From NCBI GenBank assembly GCA_036172245.1, contig JAYWIR010000016.1, forward strand, positions 3,472,001 to 3,536,000: a DNA stretch of 64,000 bases, written 5' to 3'. The stretch is from Raillietiella orientalis (taxonomy: Eukaryota). The translations under genes were made by a program, and so were the position numbers. This document shows, one piece after another, positions 13,259 to 26,400 of the stretch (within the stretch, counting starts at the first letter, position 1; the number at the start of each line of letters is the position of its first letter). The notes beneath the pieces were generated by a model that was not told the origin of the DNA, searched no databases, and saw only the letters and a program-made list of their open reading frames with translations.

Positions 13259-16200
13259 GTTTTTCTTTTGCAGCAGCAGTGTTATTTTAATTCAAAATAC
13301 ATCTTCTTGGAAAGCATTACCTGTGCATATGTGAACACTTTAGTTTTAGATTGCTTTTAGTCTTAATGGCAGTATCTTTTGAATGTATAGTTTAGTTGTG
13401 GAAGCTTTGCTATGAAACAATGCAAAGTGATTACTCTCCAACTCATTGGCTGTATGTAACACAGCGAACACAGCGATTTTAATCCAAGAAAAGAATCGAG
13501 GCCAAGTTCATTACTTGGCAGCACCTGTTGATTCACATGAGACACAAAAACAATCACAGGATGACCATCAATTGTATGTAACAAATACTTAAGTCATCCC
13601 TTCCCAGACAAACTGTTTCACTACGCAAAATATCTTTGGCTCTTAGCTATTTGGGTCCAAAAAACGTGCCATGCACATGCGGTTGATTACTTTATTTATG
13701 CAATAACTTTCAGGTTCAGATTGCCAGTGTTGTCAGGGTGCAATTGGGTAAAGTTGGAAATGATCATCAAAAGATTTCAACGGGAAGGTGTTTGTTTAAT
13801 GCTTTTGTTGAAATCGGTGAACTTTAACAACTGAATTTTAACTTTTGATTTTTCTCACCATTTGATTTATTGGTTTCGTAATCCAAGTATTGCAGTAAGT
13901 TTTCGTTCTGGCTTGTTTTTTGTATTGCATTTTCCAAACACTTGCTTCTAGGATTATCAGGAAAAAGAATCTATTACGAAATGTGATGCATGTGGATTAT
14001 AACATTTGGTTTCCCACCCAAGAGTTCTCTTTAAACGTGGTTCGTTGGGCTGCATTACTTCTACCAAGCTGCCTTTTTGCCCCATTTTTAATTTGCGTTT
14101 TGTTTTTGTATTCGCTTGCAAAAGCATAGCCTGTTCTGAACGTCTCCCCAAAAGCGGTCTTTGGACTTACATTCTTTTGTTTTTTTTATTCAAATGTGAA
14201 TAAGCAAGAACGTGGCACTTATTCGTGCCTTTCTCGTTCACTCGTGCTGGGGCTACCCCATTCGGTCTGCGGGTGAAGAGTGATATCAAACGTTTGCACG
14301 TTCTTCCCCCCTCCCCCCCCGCAGTGCAGCAAGTTTGTGTTTGTGGCCGGCTGTAACGATGGAACCGTCAACGTGTGATTTTAATCGGAAGCCTGTTCTT
14401 GCAGTGCATCACTGTCATGCTGGAACAGAGCTGTAATCTGCCACACGGATGCATGTCGAAGGCAAAGTATTTACATGCGTTTATGTGGGAGCAGCGCTTC
14501 ATTTAGCAACGTTGGCACCCATTGCGTTCCGGCAACGGTTTCAGTTTTCAGTGGACATGCGTGTACTGCACCATGGGAGTCTGCGCGGGATTCCGTGATT
14601 TCATGTTGAGCAATTTCGTTCATCCGAAGAGCATTCGAAGCACTGTGGTGCCTCACGAAGGTCCACGGGATCGGATCCCGGTGGCCCGTGACCGGGAATC
14701 GTGGGCACGGCCGCCGACGTGGAAGGATTCCCCCCCCGGAATCGACATTCCACCTGTCTATCAATCTCCCGTGATTTGATTCTCTGCTGCTGCATACGGA
14801 ACTGCCGAGTCGTCTGAACAGATTTTCTCGAGGCAATGGTGTTGTGTCGATTTTCTTCTTCTTCTTCCGTTGCGTCGAACGTTCTTATCGTCGATTCTGT
14901 GGTTTTTTGGCTCTGGTCCGTTCAAAAAAAAGCGTTCTCGGTCGACTCTTACGTGGGTTTAGCAGGAAGGCAGCGGAGCAGTGCAACGAAGAGGTCGCTG
15001 CGTACCAAAGCTGAACGCACGGTGGCCACAGAGTTGGAATCCTCGCTGTGTGTCGACTGCAAACTGAGGCCTTGGCCGAGGCCCTGAAAGACCTCCAACG
15101 CGGACTCTTGACAAGCAGTGGCAACTTGATGCTGGGAATGGGTCCCCTCCGATGCTTTTGTTCCTCGTTGCGTTTAATCAGCGGTTGCACCGATGACCCG
15201 AAAGGCGAAACCTGCTTGGGCACTGCTTCGGTCTTTTTCAAGGGATGCTGGAGCCCACGAAAGGAAAACGAGCAGCAAGTGAGGAACATATCTTTCAGAG
15301 ATGAGTTTCTTTCTTTCCTTTTCTTGTTGTTGTTGTTGTTGTTGCCGTCCATACGAAAACGAGCGGAGGTCGAAAGTGCTCCAGACGGCAAGTGACGGGA
15401 AATGAAACGATGGAAGGCAGATTTCGGAAGATCGAGAAAAAGTACATCAGATGAGAGGGCTGTTCGAAGAACGCTGGACGGTGCAGTCGAAGAGTAAAGA
15501 ATGGTTTCTTTGAGAGTCCTCCCCTCGCGATTGAAGGAAAAGGGCAACTAACGAACGATCTTTTCTCTGTCACTCTGTAAGAAAGTGAAAAAGTATGAGG
15601 AAGAAGGAATCATTCCCATAGGCCGCATTTGTAAATGCAAACAGCGTTCCCAAATAACAACGACTAAAACATCAGCCAAGATTGAATAAGGCTTGTAGTG
15701 AGGCCAGTTTGCTGTTCCTCTTCCACTTGCTGTATTTGAGGTGGATCGTCAGTGAGAGTCTTCATCTGCTCACCCACGCGAACGCATCTGCCTTATCCGT
15801 TGGTGCAGGTCTCCCCGGGTCTGCTCCCGCTGGCCACGGTGCCACTGGGTTGTTCACCTTGCTTTCACATTCACTTCAGGAATACTTGCAAACCCTATTT
15901 ATTTCGCAATCCGAAAAATGCGGAAACGACCCAGGGCTCGGTCACAACGGCTCCAAACACGTGGCGCTTCAGTTGAGGTACTTAGCGCGCCGAAAGCTGG
16001 CTCCGCAGGCTTCTCGAAGGTCACAGGAAAGCGAACCCTGACGTCAATCACCTGAGATGAACGGCGCAGCCCAAAGCATGAAGGATCACTTCTTCCGGCA
16101 AATGACGCGGGAATTTTTGTTGCAGGAGTCTGAGAATCTTTCGCATTCCCTTTAGGCAAATGGTAAATCACGGAAGCGTAACTCCCTGTATGCGCTTTGC

Positions 16201-18647
16201 GAGGAGTGGAAGTGAGGGTTATAGGGGAAAACGGGAGTACAGCCTAAGGGGTCACGCATCCGGGAACCGTTCGATTTCAGGAGGCAGTTTTTGGAACCCT
16301 TGCATTGTCTGTGGAGAACAGGATACGACGCCTCAGGATGAAAGAGTTGCCAGAACGTGGACTGGGCTCTCGCCGCTCCACTTTCCAATCAGAAAGACCT
16401 ACAATCAGATCCACTAACCTTCCTTGTTGGCGCTCCCCGCCAACCGCTCAATCCTTGGGATGGCAGAGATGCTGAAGGAGCGAGCTGGTGAGGGGAGGTG
16501 GCGTCACGCCGGATGAAACCTCCCCGGTTGGGAGAGATAGGAAGGCGCCCACCCTACCCACCGGCGCCCCCCCCCCCCTTGGGACGCCTTCCAGGAAATA
16601 AGCTCCGCTAATCCGGAAAGCAGATTCCGATGTTACGGCCGGGACCAGCAGAGAGCGCTCGCGCTGCCGTGGGGAGGTTTCAAGATGGCTTCGGAGCACC
16701 CAAAGGGCAAGAGCAGCGTTGGGAGGCGCGGCCTGGTCGGGGCGCGCCCGCCGACCGGGAGAGTGGCTACGGGAACGACTGCAGTGCGTGCACCCACTGC
16801 GAAGGGAACGCAGGCGCGTTTCTCGAGCCGGGGCGGGAGAGGGAGGGAAGGGAGGCAGCCTACGCTGATGGGGCGAGGGGGAGGCGGGCGTCCCTTTTCG
16901 GCCCGGGAAAGACGCCTCTCCCGCCTCGCTGCTTCTCCTGGGAGCGAGGATGAGGGAAAATCTGGACCCAGGAATGCCAGCCACGGTTCGTTCCTTCTTC
17001 CCGTTCGTCGTCCCCCGCTCAGGAGAACAAGGCGGGAGGGTCCCGAGAGCTGAGCTGCCTACAGGAGAGGCGCGCACCTAAGGAAGGCGAGAAACGCTTC
17101 CTTCCCCTCCCCTCTTCCCTCCCCCCCGTCTCCCTCGGCGAGCCCCTCGGCCGCAGAGAACGCTAGCTGCGCCTTTATCGGATTCCGGCGGCGTGGTTTA
17201 CGAGGGCACACATGACCTCCCGTTCGGAAGATCGGGGGAAGGATGAGTGGGGGATAGTCTGGAAGGGAACGTGGTTCACCGCCGGAAGCAGCCTCCCTCC
17301 CCTCCCCTCCCTCTCCCATCTTCCTTCGAAGAAAAGGTGTGAGGGGGGGGGGGACGCACCTTCGATGTGGCCGCGCTGTGGCTCGCTCCCTTGATGCCCT
17401 GAGGGGGTGGGGCGCCCTCAGCCGCGCAGACGACAGGGAAGGTCCATCATCCTCTTGGAAAGGAGGCCGCTGGACCACCTCATTCGCCCTACTTCTCGTT
17501 CGGTCCAGCACACCATCCTCCCCAACATCGCTCCCGGGAGATCCGTCCCCTGGGATGGAGCACTCCCCCCACCCCCGAAAGATCCCCCGGAGCGCAGTCC
17601 CCCCCATGCAGCATTCGAACCCGCGGCTACCCGCTCCGCATTCACCTTCACGGATCGATACGACGGCAGCCGGGCGCGAGAGGCGCTCAGGACGAGCGCG
17701 CCCTGGAAGGACATGGCGGAGTTTCGATCTGGTACGCAAGGGCACTGCCTCTGCTTCTGCTGCTGTTGCCCCATGAGTATCACATTGGGGGATGGGAGTG
17801 CGGGAGGAGGCACGGAAAAGCACCCTTCCCTCGTGGGGAGCGCACATTCGAGTCGTCTTACCCCCTCCCCCTTCCTCCTCTTCCCTTCAGTTCCTGCCGC
17901 CACTGCCGCTGTTCTTCCCTGTTCGGCCCGATCCCCTCTCGTGGTGCGCCTTCCTCCTCTCCTTCCTTCCGTCGAAGTGAAGAGGGAGGAAGGAAGGCGG
18001 AAGCAGGGAGCTGTGGACGGGTGGAGGTGGGAGCGATCGACCCCGTCGTGGATGAGCGCGCCATCTGCGAACAGCAAAGGGAAGCCGCACTGCCTCCCGG
18101 TTCCTGGCGATGCCGCGAGGAGCCGACTCGCGGAGGGCGGTCGCGTGGGAAGGCGGCATGAGAAAGGAGAGAGTGAGTGACGGGGGGAGGAGAGGGGGAG
18201 GAGAGCGCCCACGGAAGGGACGTCCAGGTGTCTGCGCGGAGCCGCCGTCGAGCTCCGGGGAGAGGATCGATGCCAGTCCCCGTGTTCGCCTCGCCGAGTG
18301 CAGGACCGGACGTTGCGGAGCAACCGTCTCCGGAGTCGCGCCTCCTCTGTGGCGGAAGGTTTTCCCCGTGTTGAGGCGCCCTGCCTTGGGTCTTCCGGCG
18401 GACTTTCCCCTTCCCCCCTTCCCTTCCCCCGCCGCCACCACCTCGCCCTCCGAATCGGTTTCCGTCCTCCCCGGAGGAGGGAGCGAACGAAGGAGGAGGA
18501 AAGGAGGCTGCAAGAAACAGCAGGAAAGGATCCTTTCCCCCGGCCCCCCACCTTTTCCTCTTCCCTGTCCCCTAGGCGTCCAGAGGCGGGGGAGATGGGA
18601 GAGGTTTCCCGCTGACCCGCGGCGATGGGCGGCCCCCGACGTCGACG

Positions 18648-20426
18648 ATGCCGGAGGAAGAAGGGGACGAGGAGGAGCGGCGGATGCTCTCGGCGGGATG
18701 CTGGTGTCACGCCCCCGGGGGTAGGGCGGCAAGGAGGAGGCGGAGGAGGGTGAGGAGGAGGGAGAAGGCCGGCAGCCACCGCGTGCTGCGGAGGACTCAC
18801 GGCTTCCAGCTCCCCCTCCACCCCCTGCAGGTGCTCTCGTGGGTGCTGCTCGCCCTCTTCGCCCTGGAGACCTTCGGGGTCCTCGTTCCCACCCTGGACG
18901 AGCCCTTCCGGCCCCCTAGCTACGCCCTCCACGGGCTGCTCTTCGTGGCCCACGTCCTCTGCCTGGTGTGCACCACGACGGTCGACCCCGCCCCGGAGGC
19001 GCTGCGCACCCGCCGGGAGCGTCTCCCCATCCCCGAGTTCGACCGCCTGAGGCACCGCCACGTCATCGAGGACGGGCGCTGCCACCTGTGCAACGTGGAC
19101 GTGCCGGACGCCCGGTCGAAGCACTGCAGCCTGTGCAACAAGTGCGTGGACCGCTTCGACCACCACTGCAAGTGGCTCAACCACTGCGTCGGCGGGAGGA
19201 ACTACGCGCTCTTCCTGGCCTGCGTGGTCACGGCGATCTGCGGCTGCGCGTCCGTCGCAGCCACCGCCACTGCCGTCCTCGTCCTTTTCCACCGGGATCC
19301 GTCGAAGCTCTCCCTGAGGCGGGGGCCGGCGGAGGCGGTGGCGGGGGCAAACGGCACGGACGGCGGCGGCAGTGGCGGCGACGACGACCCCGAGGGGGGG
19401 GCGGTCGTCGCCCGTTCCCCGGCGGAGGGCGGCGGCGCGGCCGGAAGGGACAGCGGCTTCCGCGCCTTCGGGGCGGCCGTCGGCGACGACCTCTACTTCG
19501 CCTCCGTGGCCGCCGTCCTCGTGCTCGCCGCTGTCAGCCTGGCGCTGCTGTCGCACCTGCTCGTCTTCCACATCCACATCATCTCCCTGGGCATCACTAC
19601 GTACGAGTTCATCCGCAACCGCAGGAAGGAGGAGGAGGCGGCCGAGAGCCAGCAGCAGCAGCAGCAGCAGGCGGCGGGGGCGGAGGACGAGGAGGACGAG
19701 GAGGAGGAGGAGGAAGAGGAAGGGCGGAGGCCCGCGGACCGCTACTGCCACAACCGCGTGGAGCCCGAGAGCCACCCTCGCGGCAAGCGCGCGGCCACCG
19801 CCCCGCAACTGCCGGGGCACGCGGTCCTCAACGGCCACGACGGGTACGTCGACTTCCGGGTGTACACCGGAGGCGGAGTTGGCAGCTGCCCACCGCCCCC
19901 GCGCATGGAAAAAAAGGGCTGGTCGCGCCTCCGGGGAGCACCAGAGCAAATACAGCTGTGTCGACGTTCCCTTTCTGTTCCCCTTCGTTTCGGGTGGGAG
20001 GACGGGAGGGAAGGGGAGGCGCCGAGGGGAGCGGACGACGGTGGTGTGTGTCGGGCGGTGACCGCTGCCCGCCGCGCCAGACCGCCTTCCGCGCAGCGTC
20101 CCCGTCACCCCGGCAACGGCGGAACCGCGGCGGCCCGCGCTCGCTCGTGCACGACCGCAGGAAGACCGCAGCGAAAACGCACGCGGCGTGCGCACACGGA
20201 ACGCGCGTCGGTACGCTCCCATGCAGTGCGTACACGCATCGTACATGCGCGCATGCAACGTGTACGTTTTCAACGGGAAGTGCGGTTTACGTGCGGTAAG
20301 CGCGCGTTGGGGTCACGTGAGCGAAAAGCGTGCCTTTCCGGGGTAGCGGGCCTCCAGGGTCCACGGGAAGGGAGGATCCGTTCGGCTCCCCCGCGTCAGT
20401 CGCGTGCGGGAGAGGTGATGAGCTGA
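18648..20426 (+). CDS. DHHC palmitoyltransferase, ZDHHC1/ZDHHC11 subfamily. The conserved part lies in one exon (to about 19843); the C-terminus is uncertain and may be spliced
   Basis: N-terminal [15 protein letters not shown] motif, [24 protein letters not shown], Cys-rich domain [31 protein letters not shown] (DHHC starts at 19158), four hydrophobic segments and TTxE (GITTYEF). ZDHHC1 versus ZDHHC11 cannot be decided by eye. Confidence 0.92.
   Translation: MPEEEGDEEERRMLSAGCWCHAPGGRAARRRRRRVRRREKAGSHRVLRRTHGFQLPLHPLQVLSWVLLALFALETFGVLVPTLDEPFRPPSYALHGLLFVAHVLCLVCTTTVDPAPEALRTRRERLPIPEFDRLRHRHVIEDGRCHLCNVDVPDARSKHCSLCNKCVDRFDHHCKWLNHCVGGRNYALFLACVVTAICGCASVAATATAVLVLFHRDPSKLSLRRGPAEAVAGANGTDGGGSGGDDDPEGGAVVARSPAEGGGAAGRDSGFRAFGAAVGDDLYFASVAAVLVLAAVSLALLSHLLVFHIHIISLGITTYEFIRNRRKEEEAAESQQQQQQQAAGAEDEEDEEEEEEEEGRRPADRYCHNRVEPESHPRGKRAATAPQLPGHAVLNGHDGYVDFRVYTGGGVGSCPPPPRMEKKGWSRLRGAPEQIQLCRRSLSVPLRFGWEDGREGEAPRGADDGGVCRAVTAARRARPPSAQRPRHPGNGGTAAARARSCTTAGRPQRKRTRRAHTERASVRSHAVRTRIVHARMQRVRFQREVRFTCGKRALGSRERKACLSGVAGLQGPREGRIRSAPPRQSRAGEVMS
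19625..19720 (+). repeat. Coding (GAG)n/(CAG)n low-complexity tract (polyE/polyQ) after the last ZDHHC transmembrane helix
   Basis: Translates [32 protein letters not shown]. Confidence 0.9.
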
Positions 20427-23400
20427 AGAGATGCGTGGCTCGATGCAAGAGCGCGACTGCTTCCTCTCTTCCGGGCTTCTCGCCCACCTCCCGCCTTTCC
20501 TCTCTCCTTCGCGGGGGGGGGGGCGGAGGCAGCCAAAGGGAAAGTGTCGGAGAGTGCGGAGCGAGCGAACTGAGACGGCGGCTGGCCGCCGCCTTCGACG
20601 CGCGCGCCATCCTCGCCGGTCGCCATCGCGCCGCAACCCTCTCGGCGAGCCTGACGGAGCCGGCCACTCTTCCTCCTCCGAGGAAGAGACGCTCCGGCGG
20701 CCGAGACCACTCTCCCGAGCCCCCCCCCCCCCCTCTCGGAACGACCACGGCAACGGGAGATCCGGCTCGAAGCTTCGCTCGGATCCGCCCGTCCGCATGT
20801 CGCACAACGCTGCCGATTTCGCGTTGATGGAGATTCCGACGGCGGCGCCGAACACGCAGAAGTGCGCTTGCATGCCCTCCCCCCCCCCAAAGGGAGGATA
20901 AATAGCGGTTCGAAAGAGCCGTTTGACACGCACCAAACGATGTTTTTGTTGGAATGCATATTTAAAAATATTGATTCGGTCGCGACAGGGATGGCAACTG
21001 TTCGAGCGCCATCTAGGAGTGCAACGAGAGATGCACTGCAGTTGCTCACCCTAACGATAGATGTCAACCCAAGGAGCCAAACTACGAATATTTTTGGCTA
21101 AGAAGAATCGCAATTCGAGCCATTTGTGAGCAGACTGGTTGCTTGTGAAGTCTTCTTTTGCGCGTGATGATAAAGTTCTCTGGAACGAGAGTTGCCGAGC
21201 ACCGACTGAAAGCTGCGCAGGGCACTGAACGACCATGGGAAACGCCGAGCGCAACGAAAAGTCACGCGTACTGCAATTTCGAGGAAGGAGTCCTTCGGAC
21301 ATCGCCACTTCGCGTGGGAACCCTGCAATCACAAGGCCTTCGTTTCGTCGTGAGGGTCGCCCCCCGCCCCTGCGCACCTCATTACGTCAAAACGAAGGCG
21401 GGATCTCAGTCCTGAATCCCCCTGCCCTCTTGCGAACACCACGAAAAGCAGGAACCTGGGTCGGTGCCCCCAAACGACCCTGCAGAGATTGCCCCCCGCC
21501 TCCCAGCCTCACGGACACTCATTCCCTCGAGGAACCTCCCGGACGACGCGGCGAAGGGGCTGCCCTCCACCGCGTCGGCGCCAGACTGGGCGCACCTCGT
21601 GCCGCTGGCACGCAGCAGCAGCACGGATATCCGCACAGCTTCCCTGCTCGAGCCAAGGTCCGAGACTCCTCTTTAGCCCGAACCTCCCTCCCGGAGTACC
21701 GCCTGCGAGGAGAGGACGCGACGCGAAGACGGGGACAGGGACGGGCGGCAGCAACTAGCCCGTCTGGTCACGAAACCTTCTTCGCCGTCGGGAGAGCGTT
21801 CCGGGCGAAGCGAGTGGGCGCCCAGAGGCTGTGTGGGGGGAACCGGAAGGAGGCAGCTGACCGAGGGAAGAAAAAGGACCGGGGGGGGGGGAGTGCAAGG
21901 AACGCATCGTCCAGGCCGAACGATCCTTCCTCTTCTCTTCCACCAGTTTCTTGCTGGGCATCCTCCTCCTGCTTCCTCTACGCTTCTCCCCGGTGGCGAC
22001 CAGAGAGCGCAGCGACTGCTCGCCCGAATGAGAGAGGCGGCGGCGGCCCGCGCTACAGTGGAATATAATGCAATGTAATACATTGTAGGGGATCCAAACA
22101 ATGAGTCCAGTCCCGCGTCCGCGCGCTCACCCACAGGCAGGCAGGCCCCTTGCCCACGTCGACGCTTTTCCTCCGACGGGGAAGAGGGGAACGTAGTCCC
22201 TACCTTCCTGCTCTCCTTTACAACCTCCTCCTCTTCCTCCTTTTGTCCCCCCTGACGTCTCTGGAAGCTGCACCCCGTATCGGAGGATGCCATCTCTTAT
22301 CCCCTTCTTTTCTCCCTCGCCCCACTCCCCGGGTTTCGCTCCTCCCGAAGGTCACAATCCCCAAACCCCTCCCCTTCCTGACTTCTTCCCTCCCCCCTTC
22401 CCCCAAAAGTTGCACTTGCGGTCCTCGATCCGACCAACGACCGTCGCCCGGATGACGACGGCGCGGCGACGTCCTGTCGCAGGGAGGCCCGGCGCTTCTG
22501 CGTGCCAAAAGAAGGCGCAACGGGCGAAAGGGAGCGAAGGAACGACGGAAGAGGAAGGGAGGGGTGGCTGGCCGACGCACCTCTCGCCTTTGGACCGACC
22601 CCCGGAAAGGCTACTCGCAGCGAGGAAGGTTTGGCAGTTCCCCCGGCACTGCTGCTTCTGCTGCCGCCGCCGGAAGAGTCCTTCCTTGATCGCCACACCC
22701 GCGAAGGACGCCCCATTTCCGGCTCGCATCCCGGGATTTTTTGCTCCGGTGCCAGACAACATAGCTGGCCCTTCCCCGACCTATTCTTTTCCTCACATCC
22801 ACTGGCCGCGACCGAGTTGACACGCGAAAGGGCGGTCTCACCCCCTCTCCCACCCACGCAGACCCAGAACCCCCTGGGGAGCCCTTTCACCACCGCCGCG
22901 CCCAAATGCTTCATCGCCTTCCTGCCCTCCCCCCCTCAGTGAAGAGCCGATCGATGGCTGCACTTCGGCAGGCTGAGAGAGCGCTCCGAGGCGGTTTCGT
23001 TTTCCCAGAGAAGGCGAGAGACCGTGCCTCACCGGCAGGTCTTCGCTACCCGGGCAACGTCCTTGCAACGCGGGACACCACCGGCAGTCCCTGCGGCGCC
23101 CGCGGCGCTTCCCGCACGTGGAAAGCTGGCAGGGGCTTTGAGGCTTTGCGGCGCCGTGTGCTTGGTCACCCGCGCGCGACGCGGGTCGGTGGCAGAGCGA
23201 AGAGCGCGGGGGTCGCTTTCGTCGCGGGGTCAGGTGGGCGGACGCGTGCAGAGGACACTTCTTGCCGGGGTGGCTCCGCGGTTTGCCGACACGCCGTCCG
23301 CAGCTGTCGCCTCCGTTCGCGCGCCGAAGGGGCGGGACTCGTTCCGGGCGTCACCTCTGACGGAGCGCCATCTCTGCAAGGGAGACGGAAGCCCTCCTGC

Positions 23401-26400
23401 GCTTCGCCAGCGTGCGCCTCGAGCAGGAACGGTGCCTCCCCACCTCCCATCCCACCCGGTAATTCATCCGCCGCACATCCGCTGGGAGATCCTTCTGCCC
23501 CTTCCCCGCTGCTACCACGTGCTCGACCTTACAAGGGTGTGGCCTTCAGCACATCCGATGACCAGAACGCTTCATCGAAAAACTTACCCCCCCTTCACTC
23601 CCCAAGCATGCCAAGAGTCGTTTGCAGTCGCTAAAGATGAATCGAGAATCGGAGGGGAGATGGATTGAGAGGCAGAAAGTTGGGCTAGGCGTGATACATG
23701 GGGAATGGGGAGAAATCGGTTACTCGGGAAATGATGGCTTCCAAGAGGAAGTCCTGCCGTCGCCTCTCGGCGTCACGTTTGACTCTGAGAGTGTCCCGGC
23801 TCTGAGAGTGGGGCCAAGGAGGGGCTTCGCTTCTTCTCTTTTCCTTCAAGAGCGAGAGAAATTTCGGAAAGATTCGGCGCATCCATCCAGTGAGGATGCA
23901 AAATCTGCCAAAACGGTGTTTCTCTTCGCCTCTCGATGAATTATCCAGGGCTTGGGTCACAGACTGATACAGGGCTTGAAGCATGCTGCGAGTTCATCTT
24001 CTCCTACTTTCCTTTCCCGTTCTCAGAGGTACTTTCACAGGAGCTGGTACCAGAAATGGTGAGGGTACCTGCAAGTAGGGTTAGCTGGACAACTTTCGGT
24101 TTGGTGCATCGCGTTTGGTGCAGCACTCGTTTTAAGAGATTTGTCATAGAGATTCATGAAAATGCATGCCATCCATGCAGCGGTCAGCGAGGGTACCCAC
24201 GAAAGTCCGTAGGATGCATTGCGGTCAGATGTATGACGATGTGATTCAGTTACTCTGAGAGTTCAACGGCCGACATTTGTTTCGGAGAAGACGATCATTC
24301 GGGGCGATTTTTAAATTATTTAATCCTTCGCAGTGAATTAAACGCTTTCTTCTATCCGATCGGATGATCTTTCTCGGTGCTGTCAGATGTCTGAAGCTCC
24401 CTGCTGCATTGCCCGATACTCGGGTCTTCGCTGCGTCTGCGAGAGTTCTCTCTCTTGTTACGTTTTCGAAAGTAACTGACAGTCAAAAGCCACGGTTATT
24501 GGCATCACAGCTCAAGCCCATCGGGGAGGTCGTCTCACAGGTCATCGTCATCGCATCCGGACATCCGAGTGCTCTCTTGTTATGCCACTGAAAGTTTCTT
24601 CTTCTCCCTCGACCGAAGTTTGTGATGAACACAAAGTGGGCAGCGTTGGTGAAGGCTGCCCCACTCCTTCGTAAGCAAGCGTCCTGCCGAATAGTCTTTG
24701 GTCCTTTCATCTTCGGGGAGGACACAGTGAATTGTTGAAATCAAGAAACATCAGACAATTTGTGGCATTTTGCTTGGGTGGTAAATCAGGAATCCGGATA
24801 AAGAATTTTAGGATTGTCAAAGCTCCTCTACATTGCAGTTTCGTCATAAGAGTGGAACTGCAATAAGGAGAAAAACCGCCAAAGGCACTGTTTCACTCTA
24901 AGGTGCGTTTTGGCGTCCTTTGTATTCCTTTGCATGCAAAGAGCAATTTGTTTTACTTTTGCAACGAGGGGCGTTCGTTACAAGGAGCCCTTTATGCTCC
25001 TACAAAACCGAATCCCAAGACGAAGACAGTAGGGCTGCTACATGAAATTCCATTCGTGAAACATAATTTCAAGAAATACTGACAGATTTGATGTAGCAAA
25101 CGCGCAGCATTAACAGGAAGGAAATCTAATTCACTGGTTCCCTTTTCTTGCCATCTGTTACACAAACTTTGTTAAAATGGGAATCAGCGTATCGAAATGC
25201 CCTCTAGTGCACGAGAGAATTCTCGAGTGCATTACCGTGCTGTTGTCCCCAGCTTTTGGAAAAGGTGAAACATAGGTTGAAAAAACATGGAAACCGTTAT
25301 TTTAAGCCATCTCAGGCAAAGTGCGGACAAAATATTTCCGAAATGTTCCTTGTGGAGAGTGAAACATTCGAATGAAAATATTGCAAAATTGAGAGCCCTC
25401 GCTCTCTATGTTTTCGCATGCAGAAATATAGTGGAATGCAAAAGTTTTCCTCAGAAAGGAGGAGCTAAGCAAAGAGTAGTACCACTTTTTCATAAGATGG
25501 ATTAGTGGACTGACGCTAAGATTGAAGTGGTTTCCGACGCGTGCATACCTTCTTCATAATGTAAAGAATCCTTTTCTTCAGATGTACAATTGGGCAACAA
25601 GCGAAGAAAACCATCAAAAAGTCTGTACCGTGAAATGAGGCGGTCGTCACTTAGAGTCAAATAACTCCTACTACATTTCGTTACATTGTTCTATTTAATT
25701 ATTTGTTTATCCCTTTTGGAGAGTAGATTTCATAGAATGCGTAGATTTTTGTCGAATGGATGCATAGGAGCGTGTATTATCTCAGGTTCCATTGTACACC
25801 GCATCGTAGGTGTATTTCAATATTAGCACATGTGTGTGTGTCTGTATGTATATTAACACCACGTGATGCATTTTGTGAATACCAAATGCAACCACAGAAA
25901 ACTACTCGATGACTGAGCGGATAAGTACAAAAATTTCAAGAGGTCTTTTTCCCCTCATACAATGCGGAGTTGTTGGGCTTCAACTTTCCTCTCGTGGAAT
26001 TATTACTTTCACTTTGGCGTGTGGCTTTCCATGTGAGTAGTCACAGTGCAGAACTTCGATCCATTAAATTTTCGTTTTGCTGCTACTCCAGACAGGGGAT
26101 GCTTGCATGTTGCCCCGTGATCGAGTTCCCCGAAGTATGCGGGGGAGGGGGGGACGTGTCGTATTTTGTGGAACTTCTGCCTGCATCCCTGACGAGGAGG
26201 ATGGAGAGGAGCCGTCTGGGATCCAGCCGATACGAAAATTCGTTTGCAGGGTTGCCGGATCACCTTTTCGTTCTTTTCGGCGTTCCTCCCCGTCAGCAAG
26301 CGGGTGCTGCAGAAAAGTCAGCTGTGTCGATTCGATGGCCGAAATTTGCCAGGAAAAAAAAAAAAAAAAAATTTATTCCCCCCCCCCCTCTACACGTGTG

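Noticed and set aside
13246..13712. Several 28-34 nt GT..AG segments after the last AAMP exon
   Set aside because: Shorter than any homology-supported intron here, and they give no coherent reading frame; probably chance in an AT-rich 3' region.
14740..14800. - strand peptide QQQRIKSREIDRQ resembling a G-alpha N-terminal helix
   Set aside because: No downstream KLLLLGxGESGKS P-loop or any other G-alpha exon found.
17418..20273. 951-aa - strand ORF, and the 443-aa alternative + frame at 18968-20299
   Set aside because: Shadow frames of the GC3-rich ZDHHC gene; Arg/Gly/Pro-rich with no domain, and stop codons are scarce at this GC content.
20289..20301. ACGTGCGGTAAGC shared with 49009-49021
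   Set aside because: A single 13-mer match is expected by chance within 64 kb.
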